Assembly (NCBI GenBank): GCA_002937655.1
Contig: PTKH01000005.1
Span: forward strand, 8,781-72,780
Reading direction: 5' to 3'
From: Alphaproteobacteria bacterium MarineAlpha9_Bin3
GTDB lineage: Bacteria > Pseudomonadota > Alphaproteobacteria > TMED109
Length of the DNA stretch: 64,000 bases
Both the position numbers and the translations under genes were made by a program. Below are positions 48,265 through 57,329 of the stretch, piece after piece; positions within the stretch are counted from its first letter, which is position 1; each line of letters opens with the position of its first letter. The notes below the pieces were generated by a model, which saw only the letters and a list, made by a program, of their open reading frames with translations, searched no databases and was not told where the DNA came from.

Positions 48265-49915
48265 ATATCATTTAATAGCAGACTTTAATATAGAACCTCT
48301 TAAAGGTTTTATTTTAAATTTAGATAGGGAGGCTGAAGTTTCGATATCACCCTACGGCCAGGTGATGCAAGAAATTTATAAAAAAGAAGTTTTTGATAAT
48401 AAAAATGTGATTTTATGGACTTTTATACAAAGTGTTATTCCTAGTTTTTCTGAAGTTTTAAATTTAAATAAGTACAGTGAAAAAAATTGTTTACAAGAAG
48501 TTAAAAAATATAGTGAAGCAATAATCAATTTGTCAAAAAAACAAAAATTTGTTTTTTTAGTTTCTTGGACTTTAGAAGATAGTATTAGTTCTTATGGTCT
48601 TTTAGATTGGAAACCAGATATAGGAGTATCATATATTTTAGCTAAAATTAATATTTATCTTTCTGACCTATTGTCTAAATATAATAATATTTTTATATTA
48701 AATTCTAATTATTGGATACAAAATGCTGATAAGGTGGCACCTAAAATATGGTATGCCACCAAGGTACCTTATTCTCCTTCTGTATTTGATAATGCAGCAA
48801 AAGATATCTATTCTAGTTATCTAGCTCTTAATGGCTTAAATAAAAAAATAATTATATTAGATTTAGATAATACTTTATGGGGAGGAGTTGTAGGAGAATT
48901 AGGTATTGAAGGCGTAAATATTGGAGGCCATAATTTTATAGGAGAAGCTTATCAAGAATTTCAAAGAGCTTTATTAGCACTATCTAATAAAGGTATCCAG
49001 CTAGCAATAGTTAGTAAAAATGATGAGATTGTTGCATTGGAAGTAATTCAAGAACATGATGCTATGGTTTTAAGAAAAAATAATTTTTCAGGTTGGAAAA
49101 TAAATTGGAAAGATAAAGCTAGTAATATTAAAGCTCTTTTAGATGAATTAAATTTAGGTACTTCATCGGCCATATTTATTGATGATAGTCCAATAGAAAG
49201 AGATTGGGTAAAAAAAAGTTTACCTGAAGTTTTAGTACCTGATTGGCCTGATGACCCAGCACTTTATGTAAGAGCATTAGCTGAGCTTAATTGCCTACAT
49301 ACGGCTACAATCAGTAACGAGGATAGAAATCGTACAAAAATGTATGTAGCTGAAAGACAAAGAAAAGAAATTAAAAAAAACAAAGTTTCTTTGGATGATT
49401 GGCTAATTTCTTTAAATACAAAAGTTACAATTCATGCGCTAAATAATAATAATATTAAAAGAGTTACCCAACTATTTAATAAAACAAATCAATTAAATTT
49501 AAAAACTAGACGTTTATCAGAAAAAGAAATTTTAAAATGGCTTAATGAAAATAAACAAAATAAAAAAATGCACATAATAGAAGTAGAAGACAGATTAGGT
49601 AGTATAGGATTAGTAGGTATAATAAGTTTAGAATTAGTAAATAAAGAAGTAATTATAGAAGATTTTATATTAAGTTGTAGGGCAATGGGAAGAAAAATAG
49701 AGCACTTAATGTTATCTCTGGCTTATATTTTTGCAAAAGAAAAAGAAGCAAAAGTTATTAAGGCGGAATTTATTCCTACGAAAAGAAATAGACCAACTTA
49801 TGATATTTTTAATGATTCTATCTTTAAATATTCAAAAGATAATATATTTTTATCAAAAATTGATGCTCAAATAAATTTTCCTAAAGAATTATCTATAGAA
49901 AATAAATCGATTTAA
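48233..49915 (+). CDS. FkbH-like HAD-IIIC phosphatase/acyl-loading protein
   Basis: ILDLDNTLWGG (DxDxT), SKN and DD HAD motifs. C-terminal FILSCRAMGRKIE motif typical of FkbH-like domains. A more likely start is ATG 48254. Confidence 0.75.
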   Translation: MLNGLKIMLNKYHLIADFNIEPLKGFILNLDREAEVSISPYGQVMQEIYKKEVFDNKNVILWTFIQSVIPSFSEVLNLNKYSEKNCLQEVKKYSEAIINLSKKQKFVFLVSWTLEDSISSYGLLDWKPDIGVSYILAKINIYLSDLLSKYNNIFILNSNYWIQNADKVAPKIWYATKVPYSPSVFDNAAKDIYSSYLALNGLNKKIIILDLDNTLWGGVVGELGIEGVNIGGHNFIGEAYQEFQRALLALSNKGIQLAIVSKNDEIVALEVIQEHDAMVLRKNNFSGWKINWKDKASNIKALLDELNLGTSSAIFIDDSPIERDWVKKSLPEVLVPDWPDDPALYVRALAELNCLHTATISNEDRNRTKMYVAERQRKEIKKNKVSLDDWLISLNTKVTIHALNNNNIKRVTQLFNKTNQLNLKTRRLSEKEILKWLNENKQNKKMHIIEVEDRLGSIGLVGIISLELVNKEVIIEDFILSCRAMGRKIEHLMLSLAYIFAKEKEAKVIKAEFIPTKRNRPTYDIFNDSIFKYSKDNIFLSKIDAQINFPKELSIENKSI

Positions 49916-49916
49916 A

Positions 49917-50933
49917 ATGGTTCAAATAGAATTATGTAGTAATAAGGAGATTATTAATTTACAAAAGTTTATTAATAATCATTGGAAGAGTAATCATATT
50001 TTATCAAAAAATATTACTTTACTTAATTGGATGTATAAAAGATGTGAGGGTCTTAATTTTCTTTTAGCAAAAAAGAATAAAAAAATAATAGGCATTTTAG
50101 GTTTTATTAAAAATTCTAATTTTAATAATAATGATTTTATTAGAGATATTATATGGCTAGCACTATGGAAAGTGGTTGAAGAGAAAGCTTATCCCGGATT
50201 AGGTATAATAATGCTTAAAAAATTGGAAAAAATTAATCCAAATATAGATATTGCTGTTTTAGGTATAAATAAATCTTTACCACCAGTATTTAGTGCATTG
50301 AAATATTATTCAGCTACAATGGAACATTATTATATTGTTAATCCTAAGGTTAAAAATTTTTCTATAATTAATATAGATAGGAAAAATAAAATACCTTATC
50401 CTAAGTTACCTAAACATAAAATAATATATAAAAGGATTTATAGAAAAGAGCTTTTATCAGGTAATTACAATTATTACTCTAATAATTTTACTTGTTACAA
50501 GTCTTCTGCTTTCTTTATAAATAAATATCTTGATCACCCTATTTATAAATATAAAATTTTCCATATAGAAAATAGCTCTAGGCAATTTGCCTTAATAGTT
50601 ATAAGAAAAATAAGTATAAATAACACAAATGTTATAAGAATTGTAGATTTTGAAGGAGATGAAGCACTCATAGCATATATTGGAGGTTTTTTATTAAATT
50701 TATTAGACTCAGAAAATGCTGAGTATATTGATTTTTTACAATATGGAATAAATAAGAGTTATTTTTTTGATGCTGGCTTTAAATTATTAAATTATAATCA
50801 AAGAGATATTGTTCCAAATTACTTTGAACCTTTTGTTAAAGAAAATATAAATTTATTGTTTGCGTATAAAACCCAGCCAAGCAATAATATTAGAATTTTT
50901 AAAGCAGATGGTGATCAAGATAGACCAAACTGA
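49917..50933 (+). CDS. hypothetical protein (possible acyltransferase partner of the ACP/FkbH pair)
   Basis: 338 aa with no motif I can name. Tightly packed 1 nt after the FkbH-like gene. Confidence 0.3.
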   Translation: MVQIELCSNKEIINLQKFINNHWKSNHILSKNITLLNWMYKRCEGLNFLLAKKNKKIIGILGFIKNSNFNNNDFIRDIIWLALWKVVEEKAYPGLGIIMLKKLEKINPNIDIAVLGINKSLPPVFSALKYYSATMEHYYIVNPKVKNFSIINIDRKNKIPYPKLPKHKIIYKRIYRKELLSGNYNYYSNNFTCYKSSAFFINKYLDHPIYKYKIFHIENSSRQFALIVIRKISINNTNVIRIVDFEGDEALIAYIGGFLLNLLDSENAEYIDFLQYGINKSYFFDAGFKLLNYNQRDIVPNYFEPFVKENINLLFAYKTQPSNNIRIFKADGDQDRPN

Positions 50934-51013
50934 AAGTAATTAAGTTTTTTACAGAAATTTATTTAATTAAAAAGAAAACTTTAATATTTTTAAATTTAAA
51001 AGAGAAATCAATT

Positions 51014-52006
51014 ATGAAGAATAAACTTACTATAATTATGTACCATTATGTAAGGCCTATAAAAGGCTCTAAATTTCCTAATATTAAAGGCCTAGAGTTA
51101 GAAGAATTTGAAAATCAAATAGAATATATAAGTAAGTATTATAATGTAGTTTCTACAAATGATTATATAGACTCCGAAAAATCAGGAGATACTTTAGGAA
51201 AAAATTCACTTATACTGTCTTTTGATGATGGTTATGCTGATCACTATGATTATGTTTTACCAGTATTAAAAAGGTATAATATGAAAGGTATATTTTTTCC
51301 AGTTGGAAAACCTAGTATTGAAAGGTCTATACTAGATGTAAATAAGATACATTTTATTTTGAATGCTACAAAAGATTTCAAAGAGGTGATAAATTTTTTA
51401 GAAATGAAAATTTCTTCAATAATGAAAGACGGTTTTTATATAGAAAACCTAAGAAGTAAGTTTTATAAAAAAAATAGATTTGATATAGCAGAAGTAAATT
51501 ATATCAAAAGGGTGCTTCAATTAGGTTTACCTTTACAATATAGAGAACAATTAGTTAAAGAACTATTTGCAAAATATGTTTCTAAAGATGAAAAAGATTT
51601 TGCAAATGAGTTATATTTAAGTATAGATCAGCTAAAAGAAATGAGAAGCTATGGAATGGAAATTGGTAGTCATGGATACGAACATTTTTGGCTTGATAGT
51701 TTAAATTTTCTAGATCAGCAAAAAGATATAAAAAAATCTTTTTCTTTATTAAAGATGGTTCAAAATAAAGGAGATAAATTTTTCTTTTGTTATCCATATG
51801 GAGGATATAATAAAGATACCTTGGAAATATTAAATAGTTATAATTGTGCAGCGGGTTTTACATGTGACGTCGGAATATTTAATCCATCAATGTCAAATAT
51901 ATTGGAATTACCTAGATTAGATACAAACGATATGCCTAAAACTAAGAATGCTAGCATTATAGATTGGACTAAAAAAATAATTGATGAGACAAGATTAGAT
52001 GATTAA
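51014..52006 (+). CDS. polysaccharide deacetylase (NodB homology domain)
   Basis: LSFDDGYADHYDYVLPVLKRYNMKGIFF and GSHGYEH motifs. Confidence 0.8.
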   Translation: MKNKLTIIMYHYVRPIKGSKFPNIKGLELEEFENQIEYISKYYNVVSTNDYIDSEKSGDTLGKNSLILSFDDGYADHYDYVLPVLKRYNMKGIFFPVGKPSIERSILDVNKIHFILNATKDFKEVINFLEMKISSIMKDGFYIENLRSKFYKKNRFDIAEVNYIKRVLQLGLPLQYREQLVKELFAKYVSKDEKDFANELYLSIDQLKEMRSYGMEIGSHGYEHFWLDSLNFLDQQKDIKKSFSLLKMVQNKGDKFFFCYPYGGYNKDTLEILNSYNCAAGFTCDVGIFNPSMSNILELPRLDTNDMPKTKNASIIDWTKKIIDETRLDD

Positions 52007-52625
52007 AAAAAGAATAGGAATTATTAATTATGGAATGGGAAATATTCATTCAGTTTATAATGCACTATTATCATTAGGTATAGAATCGATTGTAACAAAT
52101 AATAAAAAAGAATTGCATAGTTGTGATGCATTTATTCTTCCTGGAGTTGGTGCTTTTCCTAATGCGATAAAAAATTTATTAAAATTAGATTTAGTAGATG
52201 AGATAAAAAACCAGGTTTTAAATAAAAATAAAAATATATTGGGGATATGTCTTGGGATGCAGTTATTTGCAGATTACTCAGAAGAAGGTGAATTCAATGA
52301 GGGTTTATCATTGATTCCTGGAAAAGTTATAGATTTAAGCAGAAAGATAACATATAGAGTTCCACACATAGGTTGGAATAGTTTGCTAATTAATGCTAAC
52401 TCTCCTTTATTTGAAGGAATACCTGAGAAACAAGATTTTTATTTCGTGCATAGATATTACTTTGATTGCCATAAGAAATATATTTTAGCTAATACTTCAT
52501 ATGAAATGATGGTAACTTCAGTCATAAATCATAATAATATATACGGGGTGCAATTTCATCCTGAAAGAAGTCATAATACTGGAATAAAATTATTATATAA
52601 TTTTACTCAATTAGAGAATAAATAG
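51999..52625 (+). CDS. imidazole glycerol phosphate synthase HisH-like glutamine amidotransferase (WbuY type)
   Basis: GICLGMQ catalytic Cys and VQFHPERS. Located in a glycan operon beside a HisF-like gene. Confidence 0.8.
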   Translation: MIKKRIGIINYGMGNIHSVYNALLSLGIESIVTNNKKELHSCDAFILPGVGAFPNAIKNLLKLDLVDEIKNQVLNKNKNILGICLGMQLFADYSEEGEFNEGLSLIPGKVIDLSRKITYRVPHIGWNSLLINANSPLFEGIPEKQDFYFVHRYYFDCHKKYILANTSYEMMVTSVINHNNIYGVQFHPERSHNTGIKLLYNFTQLENK

Positions 52626-52636
52626 AGATTAATACG

Positions 52637-53515
52637 ATGTTAAAAAAAAGATTAATTGCATGTCTTCTAATTAAAGATAATTTAATAGTTCAAAGTGTAG
52701 GATTTAATAATTATTATCCTATAGGAAATCCAAGTTTTTCAATTGAATTCATATCAAGGTGGGATGTAGATGAAATTATTTTACTTGATATAACTCCAAA
52801 GAGTGAAAGAGTAAAAAGAGATTATACTCAATTAAAATTATTTATTAAAAAATGTTTTATACCAATTACTTTTGGAGGAGGAATTAGTTGTATAGAAGAT
52901 GTAAATGAAATAATAAAATCTGGAGCGGATAGAATTTCAATAAATTCAAATGCAATAAATAGTCCTGTATTGGTAGAGCAAATAGCTCGTATATATGGTG
53001 AGCAATGTATAGTTACTTCTATAGATTATAAAATTGAAAAAAATGGTGATAAGACAGTTTATAGTAACTCAGGAACAAAAAATACGGGATTAAGTTTATT
53101 GGATTGGGCTAAAAAATGCGAAAGCCTTGGTTCAGGAGAAATTTTACTAAATTCTATAGATAGAGATGGTAAAGGGCAGGGCTATGATATTGATACAATT
53201 AAAGAAGTTAGTAGCAGCGTGAATATTCCTGTAATTGCTTGCGGAGGTGTTGGTAAGTTTTCAGATTTTTCTGAAGCTATTTTAAAAGGTGGGGCATCTG
53301 CAGCTGCAGCTGCAAATATATTTCACTATGTAGAACACAGTACTATCATTGCAAAAGCAAATATGCTTAAAAGTGGAGTAAACATAAGACTTAATAAAAT
53401 TGCTCAATATTCGGATAGAAAATTTGATAAAAATGGAAGATTAATAATGTTAGATAATGATCAATTAGAAAAAGCAGACTGGGCTATAAGAGATAAAAAT
53501 GCAATATTGTACTAG
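52637..53515 (+). CDS. HisF-like cyclase subunit paralogue (WbuZ type)
   Basis: (beta/alpha)8 HisF pattern RLIACLLIKD...DVDEIILLDIT...GGGI...GADRISINS...ACGGVG. Confidence 0.8.
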   Translation: MLKKRLIACLLIKDNLIVQSVGFNNYYPIGNPSFSIEFISRWDVDEIILLDITPKSERVKRDYTQLKLFIKKCFIPITFGGGISCIEDVNEIIKSGADRISINSNAINSPVLVEQIARIYGEQCIVTSIDYKIEKNGDKTVYSNSGTKNTGLSLLDWAKKCESLGSGEILLNSIDRDGKGQGYDIDTIKEVSSSVNIPVIACGGVGKFSDFSEAILKGGASAAAAANIFHYVEHSTIIAKANMLKSGVNIRLNKIAQYSDRKFDKNGRLIMLDNDQLEKADWAIRDKNAILY

Positions 53516-54827
53516 ATGTTTATATCCTGAAAATCATCCCTATGGACTTATTTTTGATGAAGATGGTGTTTGTAGTGGGTGTCGTGTACATGAAGAAAAA
53601 GATATTTTAAATTGGTCGGAAAGATTAAATCTTTTAAAAAATATAGTAGCAGAAAATAAAAAGTATGTAAGTGGTAACAATTTTGATTGTATAGTTCCTG
53701 TATATGGAGGAGGAGATAGTTATTTTACGGTTCATGTGGTAAAAAATATATTAAAAATGAATCCTTTATTGGTTCATTATAATTCAGAGTTTAATACTAA
53801 AATGGGTATTAGAAATTTAGCAAATTTAGCTACAGTATTCGATTGTGATATGGTGACTTCTACTCTTGCCCCTTCTTTATTAAAGAGAATAACTAGAGCT
53901 ACAATGAAAAAATATGGAAATATGTATTGGCAGGTTTTAGCTGGAAGATATACATTTCCTGTACAAGTAGCGGTAAAGTATAGAATACCATTAATATTTT
54001 GGGGTGTACATCCCTGGTCAGATCAAACAGGCATGTTTCAACATATTAATGAAGTAGAAATGACAGAAAGGTGCAGGAAAGAGCATGGATTATTTGGTGT
54101 GTCTGCAGAAGATATAGTTGGTTTAGAGGGCTTGACAAGATCTGAAATGCAAAATTTTATTTACCCTTATGATAATGAGATAGAAGCAATAGGTGTAAGA
54201 GGAATATATTTAAGTAATTATATAAGATGGGATTCAAAAAAACAACATGAACAAATGATTGGTTTATATGGTTATGAAACTAACTTGCAACAAAGAACTT
54301 TTAACACTTATGAAGATATTCATTGTTTTCACTCAGCAGGAATTCATGATTATCTAAAATATATCAAGTTAGGTTATGGTAAAATAACTGATCATGCTAC
54401 CCGAGAAATAAGATTAAAAAGAATGACAAGAGCAGAAGGAATTAATTTAGTTAAAAACTTAAAACAGCAAGAACCAAAAGATTTAGAGATTTTTTTAAAT
54501 TGGGTTGAGTTTACGAGAGAAGAATTTAAAAATCTTTACTGGAATAGACGTGACACTAATATTTGGAAAAAAAATAAAAATGAAGAGTGGGCACTTAGAG
54601 ATAGTATTGAAAATTATAAAACAGGAGATCTTATAGAAAAAGTAAAGCTAGAAAAAATTGAAGATTGTAAATTTATATTAACAGAAAAGGCTGAGCCAGA
54701 TGATATCGAAAATAAATACTTACTTATGGGAAGAAATTATATAAATAAAGATAATTATGGAGCAATAAAGAACACTGTTAAGGGCGGAGGAATGACAAAA
54801 AGAAAATGGAAAGAAAGTTCATTATAA
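53499..54827 (+). CDS. N-acetyl sugar amidotransferase (PseA/WbpG/WbuX family), paralogue 1
   Basis: N-terminal Zn-ribbon CTRC...CSGC. PP-loop-like VPVYGGGDS, which departs from the canonical SGGKDS. Confidence 0.75.
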   Translation: MQYCTRCLYPENHPYGLIFDEDGVCSGCRVHEEKDILNWSERLNLLKNIVAENKKYVSGNNFDCIVPVYGGGDSYFTVHVVKNILKMNPLLVHYNSEFNTKMGIRNLANLATVFDCDMVTSTLAPSLLKRITRATMKKYGNMYWQVLAGRYTFPVQVAVKYRIPLIFWGVHPWSDQTGMFQHINEVEMTERCRKEHGLFGVSAEDIVGLEGLTRSEMQNFIYPYDNEIEAIGVRGIYLSNYIRWDSKKQHEQMIGLYGYETNLQQRTFNTYEDIHCFHSAGIHDYLKYIKLGYGKITDHATREIRLKRMTRAEGINLVKNLKQQEPKDLEIFLNWVEFTREEFKNLYWNRRDTNIWKKNKNEEWALRDSIENYKTGDLIEKVKLEKIEDCKFILTEKAEPDDIENKYLLMGRNYINKDNYGAIKNTVKGGGMTKRKWKESSL

Positions 54828-54842
54828 TTTGAGGAATATAAA

Positions 54843-55952
54843 GTGAGATATTGTAAAAGATGTGTTTTGCCTGATACAAAACCAGGTGTAGTAATAGATG
54901 AATCTGGTATCTGCAGTGTATGTAGAACGGTAGAAGCTAAAAAAACAATTGATTGGCAAAGACGTGATTTACAGTTGAGAGAAATATGTAATTCCATTAA
55001 AGGCAGAAACGGTCACGGGTATGATTGTATTGTTCCTGTCAGTGGAGGTAAAGATAGTATTTATCAAGTACATGCTATGAAAAATATTTATGGTTTAAGA
55101 GTTCTGGCAGTTAATATAAGTGCACATATTCATACTGTAGAGGGTATATTAAATCTTAATTCAATGATTGAAAACTTAGATGTAGACTTTATTAAAGTTG
55201 CAGTGCGGCCCAGCACACATAGAAAAATTAGAAAAATGGCATTAATAAAAGTTGGAAACCCAAATTTTGCAGAACATAGAATTGTTTTTTCAGCGGTAGC
55301 TCGAGCAGCCTTATTTTATAATGTCCCACTAGTAGTATGGGGAGAAGATATAGCAGTTGAATTTGGTGGTAATGTAGATAAAAAAAGTGAACCTGGCTCT
55401 GCTGAGGATATGATAAATAATGATTTATTTAGAGAAATAGGATTTGAAGAACTGATCGGAGATGAAATCAATCAAAATGAACTATTTTTTTATAAGAATC
55501 CTGAAAAGAGTCTTGTTAAGAAAGCTAATATAAAAAGTATTTATTTGGGGCATTATCATTGGTGGGATGGAACTAAGAATTATGAAGTAGCTAAAAAATA
55601 TGGATTTATTCCAAGAAAAGAAGGACCTCTCTCAGGAAATTATATTGATTATGATAACATAGATGAGCGATTATGTGAGATTCATCTTTGGTTCAAATTT
55701 ATAAAATTAGGTTTCTGGAGGCCAACAGACCATGTATGTTATAAAATATGGAATGGATATATGGAAAGAGAAGAGGCTGTAGAAATAGTGAATAAATTAC
55801 AATATGATTTCCCGACTGAATATTTTCAAGATTTCTTAGATTTTCACGATTTAAAAGAAGATGAATTTTGGGATATAGCAGAAAAATGGCGAAATAAAGA
55901 AATTTTTCATAAAGTTAATAATGAATGGAGATTAAAGAACGAATTAAGATAA
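54843..55952 (+). CDS. N-acetyl sugar amidotransferase (PseA/WbpG/WbuX family), paralogue 2
   Basis: GTG start. CKRC...CSVC Zn-ribbon and canonical PP-loop VPVSGGKDS. Confidence 0.8.
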   Translation: MRYCKRCVLPDTKPGVVIDESGICSVCRTVEAKKTIDWQRRDLQLREICNSIKGRNGHGYDCIVPVSGGKDSIYQVHAMKNIYGLRVLAVNISAHIHTVEGILNLNSMIENLDVDFIKVAVRPSTHRKIRKMALIKVGNPNFAEHRIVFSAVARAALFYNVPLVVWGEDIAVEFGGNVDKKSEPGSAEDMINNDLFREIGFEELIGDEINQNELFFYKNPEKSLVKKANIKSIYLGHYHWWDGTKNYEVAKKYGFIPRKEGPLSGNYIDYDNIDERLCEIHLWFKFIKLGFWRPTDHVCYKIWNGYMEREEAVEIVNKLQYDFPTEYFQDFLDFHDLKEDEFWDIAEKWRNKEIFHKVNNEWRLKNELR

Positions 55953-55993
55953 GGTTTTTTAATTATTACCAAAACTATTTTATTCACTTATGC

Positions 55994-56028
55994 TTGACGT
56001 TCATAATATGAACATAATATACTATAAT
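55994..56028 (+). promoter_or_regulatory. second copy of the TTGACG / GTTCAT-N3-ATGAAC promoter-operator cassette
   Basis: TTGACG 55994-55999. Palindrome GTTCAT-AAT-ATGAAC at 55999-56013. TATACT 56018-56023 has the same 18-nt spacing as the first cassette; TATAAT lies at 56023-56028. Confidence 0.6.
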
Positions 56029-56108
56029 TGCAAATTATTTGAAAATATTATCTAAGTAAATAATATTTTAATAAGTTGCTCTTGGGTTAATTTTAAATTC
56101 ACCCTAAT

Positions 56109-56120
56109 GGCGGTAGCGTG
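56109..56120 (+). promoter_or_regulatory. ops (operon polarity suppressor) element, exact GGCGGTAGCGTG
   Basis: Perfect match to the enterobacterial ops consensus GGCGGTAGnnTG. On the coding strand of the leader, followed by T6, 107 nt before ATG 56228. Confidence 0.65.
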
Positions 56121-56227
56121 TTTTTTCATAAATATTTTTATTAAAGTAAAATTTTAATTTTTAAATTGTAAAAAATTAAAATTACGAAAGATATATAAAC
56201 TTATAATAGAATGGAAGAATATTTAAA

Positions 56228-57283
56228 ATGTATAAAAATATACCAAAAGATATTTCTTTTGTTAATAAAGAAAAATTATCCAAATATATAACATATTCAA
56301 ATTCATCGATAAAAGATGCGATGACTAAATTAAACCTTACTCTAGAATTATTTCAAATAATTCTGGATCAGGAAGGTAAATTTTTAGGAACTTTAACGGA
56401 TGGTGATATTAGAAGAGGTCTGCTTGCAGGCAGTGAAATTAATGATAATGTAATGAAATTTATTAATTCTAATCCTCTATTGGGAGAAATAAGTAAGGAA
56501 AGTGAAAATTTAAATACTTTAAACAAAGTAGATAGATATCCAATGTTTTTGCCTATAATTGATAAAAAATTTCTATTAGAAGGTATATTAATAAAAACTG
56601 AAATTACTGATATAAATCACGCTTTAATTGTTGCAGGAGGAATAGGCTCACGTTTAGGTGATTTAACAAAACATATACCTAAACCAATGCTAGAAGTAGA
56701 TGGAAAGCCTATACTAGAACATTGTATCAATAAATTAGAGGATGCTAATATTAGTACGATTTATGTTTCTGTTAATTATTTAAGTGAGCAAATTATTAAT
56801 TTTATAAAAAGTAAAAATTTTAAATCTAATATCATACCAGTAAAAGAAAATTCCAAATTAGGAACAATAGGTTCTTTATTTTTAATAAAAGAAGAAACTA
56901 ATTATCCATTATTAGTTATGAACGCTGATTTGGTTACAACATTATCTCTTTCAGCTTTAATGTCATTTTATAGAGCTGAAAACGTAGATGGTTTAATTAC
57001 TGCTGCAACTTTTGAGAGTAGTATACCTTTTGGCGTATTAAAATATAATAGTTTAGGTCAATTGGAAAGGATTGAAGAGAAGCCAATATCTAAAAATTTA
57101 ATAGCTGCAGGTGTATATATACTGAATAAAAATATTTCCTCATTAATTAAAAAAGAAGAGTTTATAGATATGCCAGAATTATTAGATAAAGCTATAAAAA
57201 ATGGATTAAATATAGGTGTTTTCCCAATACATGAAAAATGGACTGATATTGGAAGACCTGAAGATTATTTCAATATAAAGTAA
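56228..57283 (+). CDS. CBS-domain-containing sugar-phosphate nucleotidyltransferase (PtmE-like architecture)
   Basis: N-terminal CBS pair (GTLTDGDIRRGL). C-terminal IVAGGIGSRLGDLTKHIPKPML nucleotidyltransferase domain. Confidence 0.75.
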   Translation: MYKNIPKDISFVNKEKLSKYITYSNSSIKDAMTKLNLTLELFQIILDQEGKFLGTLTDGDIRRGLLAGSEINDNVMKFINSNPLLGEISKESENLNTLNKVDRYPMFLPIIDKKFLLEGILIKTEITDINHALIVAGGIGSRLGDLTKHIPKPMLEVDGKPILEHCINKLEDANISTIYVSVNYLSEQIINFIKSKNFKSNIIPVKENSKLGTIGSLFLIKEETNYPLLVMNADLVTTLSLSALMSFYRAENVDGLITAATFESSIPFGVLKYNSLGQLERIEEKPISKNLIAAGVYILNKNISSLIKKEEFIDMPELLDKAIKNGLNIGVFPIHEKWTDIGRPEDYFNIK

Positions 57284-57329
57284 AAAAAGAATTAAATTTT
57301 TATAATTAAAATACTTATTGAGGGAATAA

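Noticed and set aside
56084-56104. Imperfect hairpin GGGTTAATTT-T-AAATTCACCC immediately upstream of ops, and a GCTCTTGG string (56078-56085) reminiscent of the 5' part of the enterobacterial JUMPStart element
   Set aside because: The stem is mostly A-T with a mismatch. My recollection of the JUMPStart 5' half is not reliable enough, and the spacing differs. Worth a look only if ops proves conserved.
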